The translations under genes were made by a program, and so were the position numbers. Shown one piece after another: positions 1 through 12,371 of a stretch of DNA of 64,000 nt. Location: positions 8,184,001 through 8,248,000 of the forward strand of contig NW_027361872.1 in assembly GCF_039654945.1 (NCBI RefSeq). Direction: 5' to 3'. The notes beneath the pieces are model-generated. The model searched no databases. It saw only the letters and a program-made list of their open reading frames with translations, and was not told the origin of the DNA. Every line of letters starts with the position of its first letter. Within the stretch, counting starts at the first letter, position 1. This DNA comes from Dendrobates tinctorius. Taxonomy: Eukaryota.

Positions 1-335
1 ATATGGGAGGGGGGAAACTTTTCAAGATGGGTGGTGACCATGGCGGCCAATTTGAAGTTGGCCATTTTGGATCCAACTTTATTTTTTTCCAATAGGAAGA
101 GGGTCATGTGACACATCAAACTTATTGAGAATTTCACAAGAAAAACAATGGTGTGCTTGGTTTTAATGTAACTTTATTCTTTCATGAGTTATTTACAAGT
201 TTATGACCACTTATAAAATGTGTTCAAAGTGCTGCCCATTGTGTTGGACTGTCAATGAAATCCTCTTCTCCCACACTTGACACACTGATAGCATTTTATT
301 TTATTTAGGTGTATCCATATTAATGGCCCATCCTG
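1..335. mobile_element. End of a non-autonomous Tc1/mariner-type element, truncated by the window edge
   Basis: Terminus aggtgtatccatattaatggcccatcctg is followed by TA. Its reverse complement CAGGATGGGCCATT resembles mariner-type TIRs. The other end is not in the window. Confidence 0.45.
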
Positions 336-1259
336 TATTATGCTAAAAACAGACGTACTCCAAATCCACAAATTGCCTTGAAAAACGTGTAAGACAATAT
401 TCTCTTTATTTCAGACATAAATCTTCTTCACTACTGTGCTGTCATACATATTAGCTGCACTATATGTACAGTTTTGTATGGCTTTCTCTCTCTATCTCTA
501 TGGATAAGCCTTGAATTGTGACATCTTCTTACTATCCAGATTCACCATAAATCGGTTACTGCATTTCCCTCTTCAGCTTTTATACAGGCTACTATAGTCC
601 CTCCTGATTGGCTGTGTTATATCATGTGATGTGATAGCTGCTAGGCATTGTAGGAAAGCTTTCACTGCTGTGCTCAAGTTCATGTTGACCTTCCATAGCT
701 AATGCAATCTCCTGATATGTGCAAATGGGGGCCAACATTGGCGCATCTATAATGTATATATAAATTCAATTTTGTTTTAAGTGTGAATGTGTATTTTCTT
801 TTTTCCTGGCAAAGACGTAGTTAAAAGGTTAATTGAGGATTAACAAAAGGCGTCAGCTCTTTTTCTGAGAAACAGAGTCAGATTTGTCTATGCATTCAGT
901 CTGGAATTGCACCTTATCCCTATATCCCTATTCAAGTTAACAATAAGGTAGTATGCTTCTAGAAAGGAAAAAGTAATATACCCTTATCTTCCAGATACAC
1001 TAGTGATTACCAGTATACGCTGTATTCAGAATATATATACTAGTAGACATATGTATCATCTTAAGTGAATACTGCCTACTTCCTATTTAAATGCAGTACT
1101 AAACCACTGCTGATTAAAACAAGGATCTTTTAGCAAATAAATTGAGAAATTAGAGGATACATGTCTGGCTTGTCGTAGAAAACAGACCCTCATGTGTAAG
1201 AGATGACATAAAAACAGCACTCAGGGTAGAAATGCAAGGCCCAGCTAGTCAAAAAGTAA

Positions 1260-1754
1260 CTACATTTTTTTTCTACAAAAACTTTGATTAGAAACTGCGA
1301 TCTCCATCCTTCCTCTTGGCTTCTCTAAAACCTCCTCCCAGATGCTGCTCGCTGTCCTCCTGATGCAATTGACGTGCTTGACACCTCCTGCGCTATCCAC
1401 ATAGCCGGACGTAATTTTGCACCTGTGCAGAGAAATCGCCACCTTGCACCTGCACACTATGTTTTGCCGTGTTGCGGTCAGGGACGAAAACATAAGTGTG
1501 CATGCATGCACATCATTTACAGCAGGAGGACAGCGAGTGGCAACCAGGAGGAGGGATAGAGTAGCCGGGAGGAGGGATGGAGACTGCGGAAACTGACAGG
1601 ATTAACATACAGCATGGGAGGACTTCAAAGGGTTTTTTGGGTTGTATACAGGGGGAGTCAGGCAATGACCATAACCATTGATGGACTGCAGCACAGGCAA
1701 TGAATAGGGTCATAATATTATTTGACACAGGACAAAGCTGGTGACGGGTTCCCT
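1260..1754. mobile_element. Degraded Kolobok/T2-like MITE; left boundary uncertain
   Basis: Right end gtgacgggttccct+TTAA resembles the end of the clear element at 19039-19629 (gtgacagattccct+TTAA). Weak internal dyad symmetry. Confidence 0.3.
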
Positions 1755-2679
1755 TTAAAAAGTTCTATGGAACGAGTAATCTTAAAGTGTTTCAGAGTTC
1801 GAAAGTACCCAGTACCCATTATAGTATACAACACGGTTACATATCTTCTTCCATTTTTATAAAACTTTGAGCTATGTGGTTAATAAAGCGCATAGGGTAA
1901 GACTTGATAAGAAGGTTTCTTTGGGAATGCAGCGTGTGATGGACGTAGTCATATTTGCTCGTCTGTTGGGGGTACTTGTCTAGCTGCAGACTTTACTCAA
2001 ACTGTTACATTAGTTTCTCATTAACGGTGAGACATCCTTCAGAAACACAGCTTAGTGAACATGATCAATATATATTTTTATGATGACCTGACAAATAACA
2101 CATCAGAGCAGCAGGAACAAACACTTTCAATGACTACGTAGTTCCTTAATTGGAAACAGATGTTAGATTTTCCTGTTGATTTCCATGGGGTAAACCACAG
2201 AGCATAAATGAGACAGGCTGCGGGTGGTTTGTCAAAATGGTGTAATCATAGGAAACAGAGAATTTTGCTTAACATCTTAAAGCTATAATAGTTGATTTGC
2301 ATGTGGACAAGATTGGCTTCATCTTTAAAAGAAATGCAAATGTTTCAATTTTAATAGGATTAGTCTTCTGTAACCTCACAGAAAAATTGCATGTTTTCAT
2401 TCATTCATTATTAATGTAAAATTTACTCTATGAATGCCCCCCTTGGTTTTCGGGAAAAGGTAACATAGTAACATAGTTATTAAGGTTGAAGGATGACTTT
2501 AAGTCCATCTAGTTCAACCAATATACTATCCTAACTTGCCCTAACATGTTGATCCAGAGGAAGGCAAAAAAAAAACCCATGTGGCAAACAGTAAGCTTCA
2601 CATTGGGGAAAAAAATTCATTCCCGACTCCACATACGGCAATCAGACTAGCTCCCTGGATCAACGCAATATTAAGGAAA

Positions 2680-4900
2680 CTAGTGTGTATACCCTGTAAT
2701 ATTATACTTTTCAAGAAAGGCATCCAGAGCCTTCTTAAATTTTAGTAGGGAATCACTCATTACAACATCATATGGCAGAGAGTTCCATAGTCTCACTGCT
2801 CTTACAGTAAAGAATCCGTGTCTGTGAGTATGCTTAAACCTTCATTCCTCCAGATGTAGAGGATGCCCCATTGTCCCCGTCATAGGTCTAAGAGTAAAAA
2901 GATCATTAGAAAGGTCTTTGTATTTCCCTGCATATATTTATACATTGTAATAAGATCACCCCTAAGCCTTCAATTTTCCAAACTAAATAACCCCAAGTGT
3001 AATAACCTGTTTTGGTATTGCAGAACCCCTAGTTCCCTAATAACCTTGGTCGCTCTTCTCTGCACCCGCTCCAGTTCAGCTATGTCTTTCTTATACACCG
3101 GAGACCAGAACTGTACACAGTATTCTAAGTGTGGTCGCACTAGTGACTTATATAGAGGTAAAATTATGTTCTCCTCATGAGCATCTATGCCTCTTTTAAT
3201 GCATCCCATTATTTTATTTGCCTTTGCATCAGCTGCCTGACACTGGCCACTAAATGTGAGTTTGTCGTCCACCCATACACCCAGGTCTTTTTCAGTGACA
3301 GTTTTGCCCAGTGTTTTACAATTAAGCACATAATTATACATCTTGTTCGTTCTACCCAAGTGCATGACCTTACATTTATCCCGATTAAAGCTCATTTGCC
3401 ATTTATCAGCCCAAGCTTCTAGTTTGCATAAATCCTCCTGTAATATAAAATTGTCCTCCTCTGTATTGATTACCCTGCAGAGTTTAGTGTCATCTGCAAA
3501 TATTGAAATTCTACTCTCTATGCCCCCTACAAGGTCATTAATAAATATGTTAAAAAGAAGCGGGCTCAAAACTGACCCCTGTGGTACCCCACTGCTAACC
3601 GTGACCCAGTCCGAGTGTGCTCCATTAATAACCACCCTTTGTTTCCTATCCCTGAGCCAGCTCGTAACCCACCTACACATATTTTCCCCTATCCTCATTG
3701 TTCTCATTTTATGTATCAACCTTTTGTGTGGCACCGTATCAATTGAATATTGGCACCACATTTGCTATACGCCAGTCCTGTGGTACAGACCCTGTTATTA
3801 TGGAATCTTTAAAGATTAAAAATAATGGTCTATCTATGACTGTGCTTAATTCCTGCAGTACTCAGGGGTGTATCCCATCCGGGCCCAGGGATTTGTCAAT
3901 TTTAGTGATTTTTAGACGCCGCCGTACTTCCTGCTGGGTTAAGCAGGTGACATTTAACGGAGAATTTTTGTCCCTGATCATGTTATCCATCATGGGATTT
4001 TTATCTCTTATTGTGCCCCTTACAGCTCTATTTAGCCATAGTGGTTTCCTCCTATTTCTAGCATGTTTATTCCCATACGGTATATACTGTGCACAGGTCC
4101 TATTCAGGATGCTAATAAACGTCTCCCATTTTCTTTGTGTATTTTTATGTCTCAGGATATCGTCCCAGTTAATTGTACCATCCGTTGGAAATTTGCCTTC
4201 CTGAAGTTTAGTGTCCTTGTAACCCCTCTACTACACATCTTATTAAAGAATACATGAAAACTTATTAATTTGTGATCACTATTAGCCAAGTGACCGCAAC
4301 CCTTATATTTGATATGCGGTCTGGCCTGTTGGTTAATATTAGGTCTAGCAGTGCCCCCCCTCTTGTTGGGTCCTGAACCAGTTGTGAAAGGTAATTGTCT
4401 CTCATAGTTGTCAAAAACCAATTACCTTTGCTGGAACTGCAGGTTTCGGTTCCCCAATGTTTTTCAGGGTAGTTGAAGTCCCCCATAATAATGACTTCTC
4501 CTTGAGTCGCAGCTTCATCTATTTGCTTTATGAGGATATTCTCTGTTGCCTCCATTTTTTTTGGAGACTTATAACAAACCCCTATCAGTAATTTATTATT
4601 TTTCCCCCCTCCCCTTATCTCTACCCACAGGGACTCTACATTTTCATTAGATTCATATATATTATCACGAAGGATGGGTTTTAAGGATGATTTTACATAT
4701 AAACACACGCCTCCCCCTCGCTTATTTGTTCGGTCATTTCTGAACAGACTATAGCCCTGTAAATTAACCGCCCAGTCATGGCTCTCATCCAGCTATGTCT
4801 CACATATCCCCACCATGTCATAATTATGTTCCAACAACATTAACTCCAATTCCTCCATCTTGTTGGCGAGGCTTCTGGCATTAGTATACATGCACTTTAT
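2680..4900 (-). pseudogene. CR1 ORF2 (APE endonuclease + reverse transcriptase), frameshifted and deleted
   Basis: ORF 2970-3761 has GVPQGSVL, FADD and LVRPHLEY. ORF 4265-4708 has the APE motif IMGDFNYP. The segment ahead of DTVPH is missing at a junction near 3740. Confidence 0.92.
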
Positions 4901-5049
4901 GTATCTCTCTGTACCTCTATTCTTTCTTAAAATATTAACTGTTCGAACCCCACCCCCCATGCCACCCCACCCCCAATTTCATTATTTGTGCCCAGGTCTC
5001 TATCTGCACTGTCTTCCCCTCCTATAAAAGGAATACCCTCCCCCCGTCC

Positions 5050-6032
5050 CTAGTTTAAACACTCCTCCAACCTTCTAGCCATTTTCTCTCCCAGCACAGC
5101 TGCACCCTCCCCATTTAGGTGCAGCCCATCCCTAGCGTATAACCTGTAGCCAACTGAGAAGTCGTCCCAGTTCTGCAGGAACCCAAACCCATCCTTCCTA
5201 CACCAATTCCTGAGCCACTTATTAACCTCCCTAATCTCCCGTTGCCTCTCTGGCGTGGCACATGGTACAGGAAGTATTTCTGAAAATACCACCTTGGAGG
5301 TCCTTGCTTTAAGCTTACAGCCTAATTCCCTGAAATCATCTTTAAGGACCTTCCACCTACCTCTAACTTTGTCATTTGTGCCAATGTGCACCATGACCGC
5401 TGGATCCTCACCAGCCCCTCCCAGGAATCTGTCAACCCGATCAGCGATGTGTTGGACTCGAGCGCCAGGTAGGCAGCACACCGTTCGACGATCCCTGTCT
5501 TTGTGACAGATTGCCCTATCTGTTCCCCTAATAATTGAGTCTCCCACTACCAGAACCTGTCTGGCCTGCCCTGCTCTCCTTTTTCCCCCCTTACTGGAGC
5601 AGACACTCCTCTGGTTTTCAGAGGACATGCCTTGCTGCAGCCGTTCTACTCCTGCAATAACACTCCCCTCATCTGCCAACTTAGCAAACTTATTGGGGTG
5701 TGCCAGATCAGGACTAGCCTCCCTGGTGCTCTTACCTCTACCCCGCCTTCTAACTGTCACCCAGCTAGCTGCTTCATTGTCCTGCAGCTCCAACCTAGCA
5801 TCCCCCCCTCATCTATCCCATTGAGCGTCTGCTCAGTGAGCAGAAAACTCTTTTCCATATTATCTATGGATCTCAGTGTTGCCAGCTGCACATTTAGATC
5901 CAGTATCTGGGCTTCCAAATGCACAACGTGCTCACATCTTGCACAGTAGTATGCACCCTCGACCGGCTGTTCAAGGATTTCATACATGCGGCAAGACGTG
6001 CACTGGATGGCATTGGCAATAGTGGAGCACAT
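5050..6032 (-). pseudogene. CR1 ORF1 (zinc finger/leucine zipper + SGNH esterase), one frameshift near 5800
   Basis: CTSC..CARC and a heptad-like segment in ORF 5757-6104. VGDSII, HIGTND and DGLH SGNH blocks in ORF 5050-5793. Confidence 0.9.
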
Positions 6033-7008
6033 TCTAATGGGGATTGCACCAGACAAAAAGATAAGCAAAAATAAATAAAAAGTATTAATAAAATATAACA
6101 GCAATTCAGTAATACCTTCCTTGGAAACTCCCTGAATCCAAAGTCACTGAATCACAAGTCACACACTTAACTCAGTTCGCACTTACGCTCAGGTCACACT
6201 CAGCTCGTTCACACTAGCTCAGGAAGAAGATTTAAAAGATTTTTTTCCCTTTTACCAGCACAACACCCTGCTGCTCAATGCACTTCCAAAGGAGTTGAGC
6301 CCCAACCAGCTGCCCCTTAATTATGAACTCCAACCCTTAATTAACCCCTTGTGAATATAGTTACACCTCAAGATTTAAATGCAATATAGTTAACCCTTAT
6401 ACCGAAATGCCTGTAACATTAAAATAAGTGAACAACTGGAAATGATAAACAACTATATACCTGAGGAATACCTAGAGTTTCAAAATTCTAACTAAAGTAA
6501 TCTTGCAGAAAATAGAAAACAATTAACAGGGCAGGCCTGCGAGGCCCCAGGTATGCGTTCTAGGGATAACAACTCTTTTTTGTGAATACCCCATATTCAC
6601 ATACCTGGGGCCTTTTAGGCCCGTACTAGGTTTACATGTGATCCTAAGTCTTTTTGTCTTCACTGTTGCTGGGGAAGACTTTGACTCAGTCTTTATGACT
6701 CTGCTGTTGCTATGAAGAGTGTGAATTCTGCCTGACTACATGGTCATGTGATCTTGGGAAGGAGGCTCCCTCACAACATCATGCGTCTCTGACATCATCA
6801 TAGGTCCTGAACACTGTTCCTTGTGTGCTACTTGCTGAAGAGACTTTGGAGGAAGGAGTCAGCTTTCTTGTTTCTTGAAAAATAAACTTTCTGAGTTCCA
6901 AAAATCCAAAAGCTTCTACTGCACCTAAAAGAAAGTGGTGACCTGCTGAAGGTAGAGGAGGGGTCTGCACTTTACCCTTAGCACACACACTAACAAAGAG
7001 TGTACAAC

Positions 7009-7039
7009 CCTGATTGTAATCTTTTTTTTTTCATTTTAG
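7009..7039 (+). promoter_or_regulatory. Putative 3' splice acceptor upstream of the piggyBac ORF
   Basis: Branch-like CCTGAT, then the tract cttttttttttcatttt and AG at 7038-7039. The frame stays open from 7041 to the ATG at 7062. Confidence 0.55.
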
Positions 7040-7061
7040 TTTACTGACTTCTAAGGTTACA

Positions 7062-8756
7062 ATGGCACAGTCTACATCCAGGGGTTTGACTGACCAAGAA
7101 ATCGAAGCAATCATTTTTGATAGTGATGAAGACAGTGAACTTTCTTTGTCTGATGAAGAGTACATGCCACCAGCTAATGTCTCTACTTCATCGTCCAGTG
7201 ATTCTTCAGATGATGAAGAAGTAATGGATCCAGCAGAACGTACAAATAGAACATCCAAAACTAATGTTTTTTGGAACAGTACTGCTGAGGTTCTTGGACG
7301 AACCCCATCACATAATATTTTAAGAGTTGCTCAAGGAACTGTAGGAATTCCACAATTCTTGTCCAAAAGAGATATGTTCTGTAAATTTTTTTCAGATGAT
7401 ATTGTAGATGAGGTAGTTTTGTGTACTAACTTAGAAGGAAAACGTATCGCTTCAGGAAGAAAAAAAACATGGAAAAATATAACAAAAGAGGAACTGTATG
7501 CTTATATTGGCCTTACTCTTCTGGCAGTGAGTACAAAATCATACGATGTTCCTATCACAGAACTCTTTATGAACCCTTTTTCAGATCCACATTACAAAGC
7601 TACAATGTCAGTCAATAGATTTGAGGATATTCGGTGAAGCCTTCGTTTTGATGACAAGAGAACTCGTCCTGTCAGGTTGGAAACAGATAAATTAGCCCCC
7701 ATTAGCTACATCTGGAATCTTTTTATCAAGAACTGTACTAAGCATTACCATTCTAGTGACAATGTGACAGTGGATGAGCAACTTCTTGCATTTAGGGGAC
7801 GTTGCAATTTCATTCAGTATATGCCCAGCAAACCTGCTAAATATGGTATTAAAATTTTCTGGATGTCTGATTCTACAAGCTATTATGGAATGAATGGTCT
7901 GATTTACTGTGGCAAAGATGTTGACGCTCCAGTCCAGAAAGACCTATGTTCTGACGTAGTAAAAACACTTGCGAAACCAATTTTCTATTCTGGAAAAAAT
8001 ATAACAATGGACAACTACTTCACCAATCTTGAACTGGGCAATTTTTTGCTTCAGAAACAACTTACACTTGTTGGTACAATGAAGCAAAACCGCAGAGAAA
8101 TTCCTCCAATCATGAAGCACAATCAACATCGACAACATTATGATAGTGTATTTGGTTTCTGCAATCAAGCGACAATGGTGTCTTATAAAGCTAAGAAAGA
8201 AAAACCTGTGATATTACTGAGTACAATGCACCATGATGGAAGTATAGACACCAATAACAGGAAACAGAAACCCGAAATCATCTTGCATTATAATAAAACC
8301 AAAGGAGGAGTGGACAAGATGGACGAAATGATTGGAGAGTATACGTGCAAGAGGCAGACAAAACGTTGGCCTGTAGTTCTTTTTTATAATATGCTAGATG
8401 TGTCAGCCCTCAATACCTATATTGTTTATAGTGAGACTCATCCAGAATTCCATGCCCACAGAAAGGACAAGAGACGTCTATACTTGACAGAACTTTGCTA
8501 CGAACTTTTAATGCCTAACATGATGGAGAGAAGAAGAACAAAATGCTTACAAAGGCAAACAACAGAAGCTATGATCCGATGTGGTATACGTTTTCAGGAA
8601 CATCCAGAGCCAAGAGATAAAAAAAGAAAGCGATGTTGTATTTGTCCAGCAAAGAAGGACAGGAAATCCGAGCGTGTCTGTACTACTTGTGGACAAAATG
8701 TCTGCAAGGAGCATTCTTCCGAACAGATAACGTGTGAAAGTTGTTGCGGTCATTAG
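7062..8756 (+). pseudogene. piggyBac transposase, ~564 codons with one in-frame TGA at 7635-7637
   Basis: ORFs 7062-7637 and 7677-8756 are in the same frame and read R*SLRFDD across the stop. DDD triad TVDEQ/TMDNYF/GGVDKMD, acidic N-terminus and C-terminal Cys-rich domain (CCIC..CTTC..CKEH..CESC). Confidence 0.95.
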
Positions 8757-8950
8757 TAAAGTAGAAAAGGAACCTTTGAAAAGAGATATTCCTGCAGCAT
8801 GTTTACTGCAGCTTTTATATAAAAAACTTTTAGACAAAAAAACATTATTATAAAGAGTTATATCGAATGTGTATATTGGGCGTTTTAAGCCCGTTCAGAT
8901 ACTCTTGTTTTTTTTTGCATATAGTAAAGTTTTGAATTATTCACATCTTA

Positions 8951-9134
8951 GGCTGTGTTCCCACTGGCGCTGGGGTCTGCCAGGTGGTGATCCGTAATGG
9001 ATCTGATCTCTTGGTAACTCCAGTTAAGGCTGCTGGAATGTCGGGATTCCGCCAGCCTTAGCTGGGGTCACCAGGAGGTCAGATCCATTACAGATCTCCT
9101 CCTGGCAGACACCAGCGCTAGTGGGAATGCATCC
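8951..9134. mobile_element. Fold-back PIF/Harbinger-type MITE inside the piggyBac 3' region
   Basis: Near-palindrome ggctgtgttcccactggcgctgg...ccagcgctagtgggaatgcatcc, flanked by tta/tca. Confidence 0.7.
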
Positions 9135-9810
9135 TCACTTTGCAATTTTCAAATAAACTTTGAAAATTATTTTTGTTTAAGTTATTCCATGTTATTTGCA
9201 CACGGACCTAAAAGGCCCCAGGTATGTGAAAGTGTAGATTTTTATGGTCATGCGTCCTAGGGTTAAAAACACAGATAGTAAAATATGAGATTAACCCTGT
9301 AGAAGGAAAAAATAGGTTAAACAAGCCCCCAAGCCCCCCAAAAATTGAATAGGTAGAAAGCACTCAGCAACCTACAATTCAGCAACTCACACAGGTATCT
9401 GTTATAGGTTTTTCAAATACCTCTTCACTGAATCACAAGTCATACACTTACCACAGTTCGCACTCACGCTCAGGTCACACTCAGCTTGTTCACACTCGCT
9501 CAGGCAGAAGATTTAAAAGATTTTTTTTTTCCTTTTAGCAGCACAACACCCTGCTGCTCAATGCACTTCCAAAAGGGAAGTGATCAGCAATATATTTTAA
9601 TTAATGTTCAAATAATATGCATAGATTCCAAACGGCTGGGGAAAAATGTAATGAAAAAAAATCTGCTATGGCCAAGACACTATGCTAACTTGCCAATAAC
9701 CCTCTGTAGGTTCCTTGTGTTTTTCCTCAGAAGGTCTTTAAAATATACTAATTTATTACTATAACATCTGGGCCCGTAACTGCTTCGGCCCCTAAGCGAC
9801 GCCGCATTTT

Positions 9811-10608
9811 TGTTATGGGTGATGCTTGACAGTATCAATCCTATATTATTCCTTGGACTAGTGGTTCTGGCTAGAGATGGGCTTGTGCTCGACACTGCTC
9901 CATAACAGGTCGAGCATTGGGGTAGTAACGAGCAGTGCCAAGTATCGTGTGGTGCTTGACTGTTTGGATCCCCATAAGTGAATTATCTGAGACAGACACA
10001 GGAGACCGAGTGTGAAAATTTTTTCCATCCTCCGGAAAAATGCTGAATTTTGTCATTCACTTTCATTATGCTTGCTACTCAAGTTGAGCACATCCAAGCG
10101 TCCGACGCACCGATCACACAAACATTTCACTACTTGACCAACACTAGTTCTGGCCAGTCCAGAAGCTACAGGTTTAATCTTATTAATCTGCTTTGCTATA
10201 TGCTGTCAACACTGGGTAGGGCTGTTCTATATAAACCTCTGACAGTCAGTTCCCACTACCACTCAATAGTTCTGCTATCCTGGTATATACTTCTGTGCTG
10301 TGCTCCTGTGTTTTGTCCTTGTTGTCCCCTCGTCTTGGCATTTGACTTCCTGCTTGTTTTATGATTCTGTTCCTGTGACTTTCTGGATCTGACCAGGCTA
10401 CCAGGCTATCCTTCTTGCCAGGTTGTCCCAGTGAACAGCAGCTGACTCTTCAGCCCTAGCCCAAGGATACCTGTGTAAGTCCAGATCCCTGTAACAGGGG
10501 TTAAAGGGTGAAGGCCAGGCAACCCTTGGGTTCAGGGAAACAGAGTAGCTTGAGCCAAGACTGTTTGTAGTAGCCATTTTGGAGACTACGAACAGTACAC
10601 GCATAACA
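9811..10608. mobile_element. Possible solo LTR-like sequence interrupted by a hAT MITE
   Basis: Termini TGTTATG...CATAACA are perfect 7-bp inverted repeats with TG..CA ends. No matching TSD was found. Confidence 0.3.
9872..10146. mobile_element. hAT MITE (TAG-terminal family)
   Basis: Ends tagagatgg...ccaacacta, with a perfect 8-bp TSD GTTCTGGC. Confidence 0.8.
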
Positions 10609-11246
10609 GTAATCTTATACAACAAATACTTTACCTATTGTATTTTAGATTACTGAGCAAACTCTTATTAATGAACAATGTACTGTATATAAATACAAAA
10701 AAAATCTCTACTTATTTCCTGGCCCAGAACTGCTCCTCTGCTATAAGCTCTTGTTGGGGTGTTCCTTGTAAATCTTCTGACAATAACAATGTAATGTGAC
10801 TGCTACAGCCAATCACTTGCCACTGAGCGACTGCAGCCATCATAATTTCATCTGAGTGGAAGAACAATGTTTTTCTTGTTGGTTAGCACAGTGTAGAGAG
10901 TGATTGGGAAATATCAGTCCAGGAGGTAAGAGGACATTTTTTCTTAATTTATGCAGCACCCTTGGGATATTATAATACATCCAATAGTGGACAACTCCTT
11001 TTAAGAATATCCTTCGTAAATATGCAGTAGGACAATCAAGACATAAAATATAGGATAAACATTAAATCTCGACTTATGGAACTGTATTGTAAAATAGCGG
11101 GCTACCACCTTTTGTAGATCACAAGTCACTTTCAAATACCATAGTGTTGAACCACACTGAATATTAAAAAGAACAAAGCCTATTTAACAGATGTCTAATT
11201 GAGGCTGCTCTCACCCTAGTGTGAACTGCTAGTTGTATGGTTTTAA

Positions 11247-11602
11247 AGTGGACTTGTCAGCACTTAAATATTTGTATTCCTCATAACAATTCCGTAGAAT
11301 CCTTTCTGAGATTTTTCTGATGTACCAATATGTTTTTTACTCATCCTGGACACTACCAGTGGAGGTTGTGTCCCTACCCACACTGAGACTGTCTACTTAG
11401 TCCAATCAGTGTTCAATTTTGTATAAACACACCCTTTTGACAAAATGAATGGTAGCACACAATAATTAACATACTCATATATATATTCAGAAGGAATAGC
11501 AGATGAACTGAGCAATACAGAGATCTAAGAAGAGATACTCCAATTGTTTTTTCAAGAAAAGAGCAAGTATTTACTAAAAAAAGTAGAGCCGACTTCTCCT
11601 CT
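11247..11602. mobile_element. Old Kolobok/T2-like MITE
   Basis: TTAA+agtggacttgtcagc ... gccgacttctcctct+ttag; imperfect TIR. Confidence 0.3.
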
Positions 11603-11841
11603 TTAGCCTAGTTGCAAGTTTTAGTATTGCCATAGTATTCTTGGAGCAACCAACCGGCAATAGTTACTGTAGTTGTTAACAATACTGGAGGTACATGAGG
11701 CTAAAAACTCACATGAAAGTAAAAACTACTATACAATATATTTCACATACATCTATTAGTTAAAGAGTCCACTAGTGTTGGGAAAAAAGGTTCCTAGGAC
11801 CACACTAGTAGTTCATGACCACTAGACCGAAGCCCTGTGAA

Positions 11842-12276
11842 TAGAGTTGAGCGAAACAGGTTGGCCAGATTCATAAGTAGCCGACTTATTGCAAAGTCAG
11901 GTTTCGCCGACCACAGCGTGAAGTCGGCCATGCGGTAGGCAAAACAAGCGCCAAAGTCGGATTTCCCAGAATGCTTGCACGACTTTTTTCAGCCACTGAG
12001 CAAGGACGTACACTGTGGGCAATGAGATGACATGTGCAGCGTCCGGGGAGAGAATTTTCGCGCACTTTAAAAAAGTGGTCCGGCATGTAGGTGTGTTTAC
12101 TCTCCTCCACTCCCTGCCGACTTTGCTTCCCCATTGACTTGCATTGGGTTTCATGTTTCAGTGGGACCTTCGACTTTTCACGATAGTCGGACGATTTTGT
12201 TCGACTTGACTTTTGAGAAAGTCAGGTTTCATGAAATCCGACTCGACCCTAAAAAAGGCAAAGTCGCTCATCTCTA
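11842..12276. mobile_element. hAT MITE from the same family as the 8.9-kb hAT at 50631-59510
   Basis: TIR tagagttgagcga/tcgctcatctcta with perfect TSD CCTGTGAA. 12130-12276 is the reverse complement of ~50631-50777 with scattered substitutions. Confidence 0.9.
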
Positions 12277-12371
12277 CCTGTGAACCTTCTACTACTCATG
12301 GCAACCTCACACCTCTTCTGGTTAGCAGGCTCCCTTGAATTAATGTATGCATCATAAAGTGATATAATAAC

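Larger units (their letters stand above)
6394..9262 (+). mobile_element. piggyBac DNA transposon with an internally inverted left end
   Basis: TTAA at 6390-6393 and 9263-9266. Right end ATGCGTCCTAGGG. Subterminal inverted repeat cacatacctggggccttttagg (~6598) pairs with cctaaaaggccccaggtatgtg (~9207). The left TIR is found reversed at 6543-6565. Confidence 0.88.
2461..9570 (-). mobile_element. CR1-clade LINE copy A, internally deleted, with a piggyBac inserted in its 5' UTR
   Basis: 3' octamer tail (taacatag)x2 at 2461. RT, APE and esterase ORF fragments lie in CR1 order on the minus strand. A ~150-bp 5' UTR repeat at 6144-6292 recurs at 9425-9575 beyond the piggyBac. Confidence 0.9.

Noticed and set aside
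5050-5793. Captured cellular lipase/esterase gene (also 23346-24041)
   Set aside because: An SGNH esterase domain is an established component of CR1-clade ORF1.
7062-8756. Domesticated PGBD gene
   Set aside because: It retains TIRs and TSD, sits inside a CR1, and has a nonsense codon before the catalytic core.
6144-9575. Direct repeats flanking the piggyBac read as LTRs or a giant TSD
   Set aside because: No TG..CA ends or PBS. The piggyBac has its own TTAA TSD, and the repeats fit the CR1 5' UTR.
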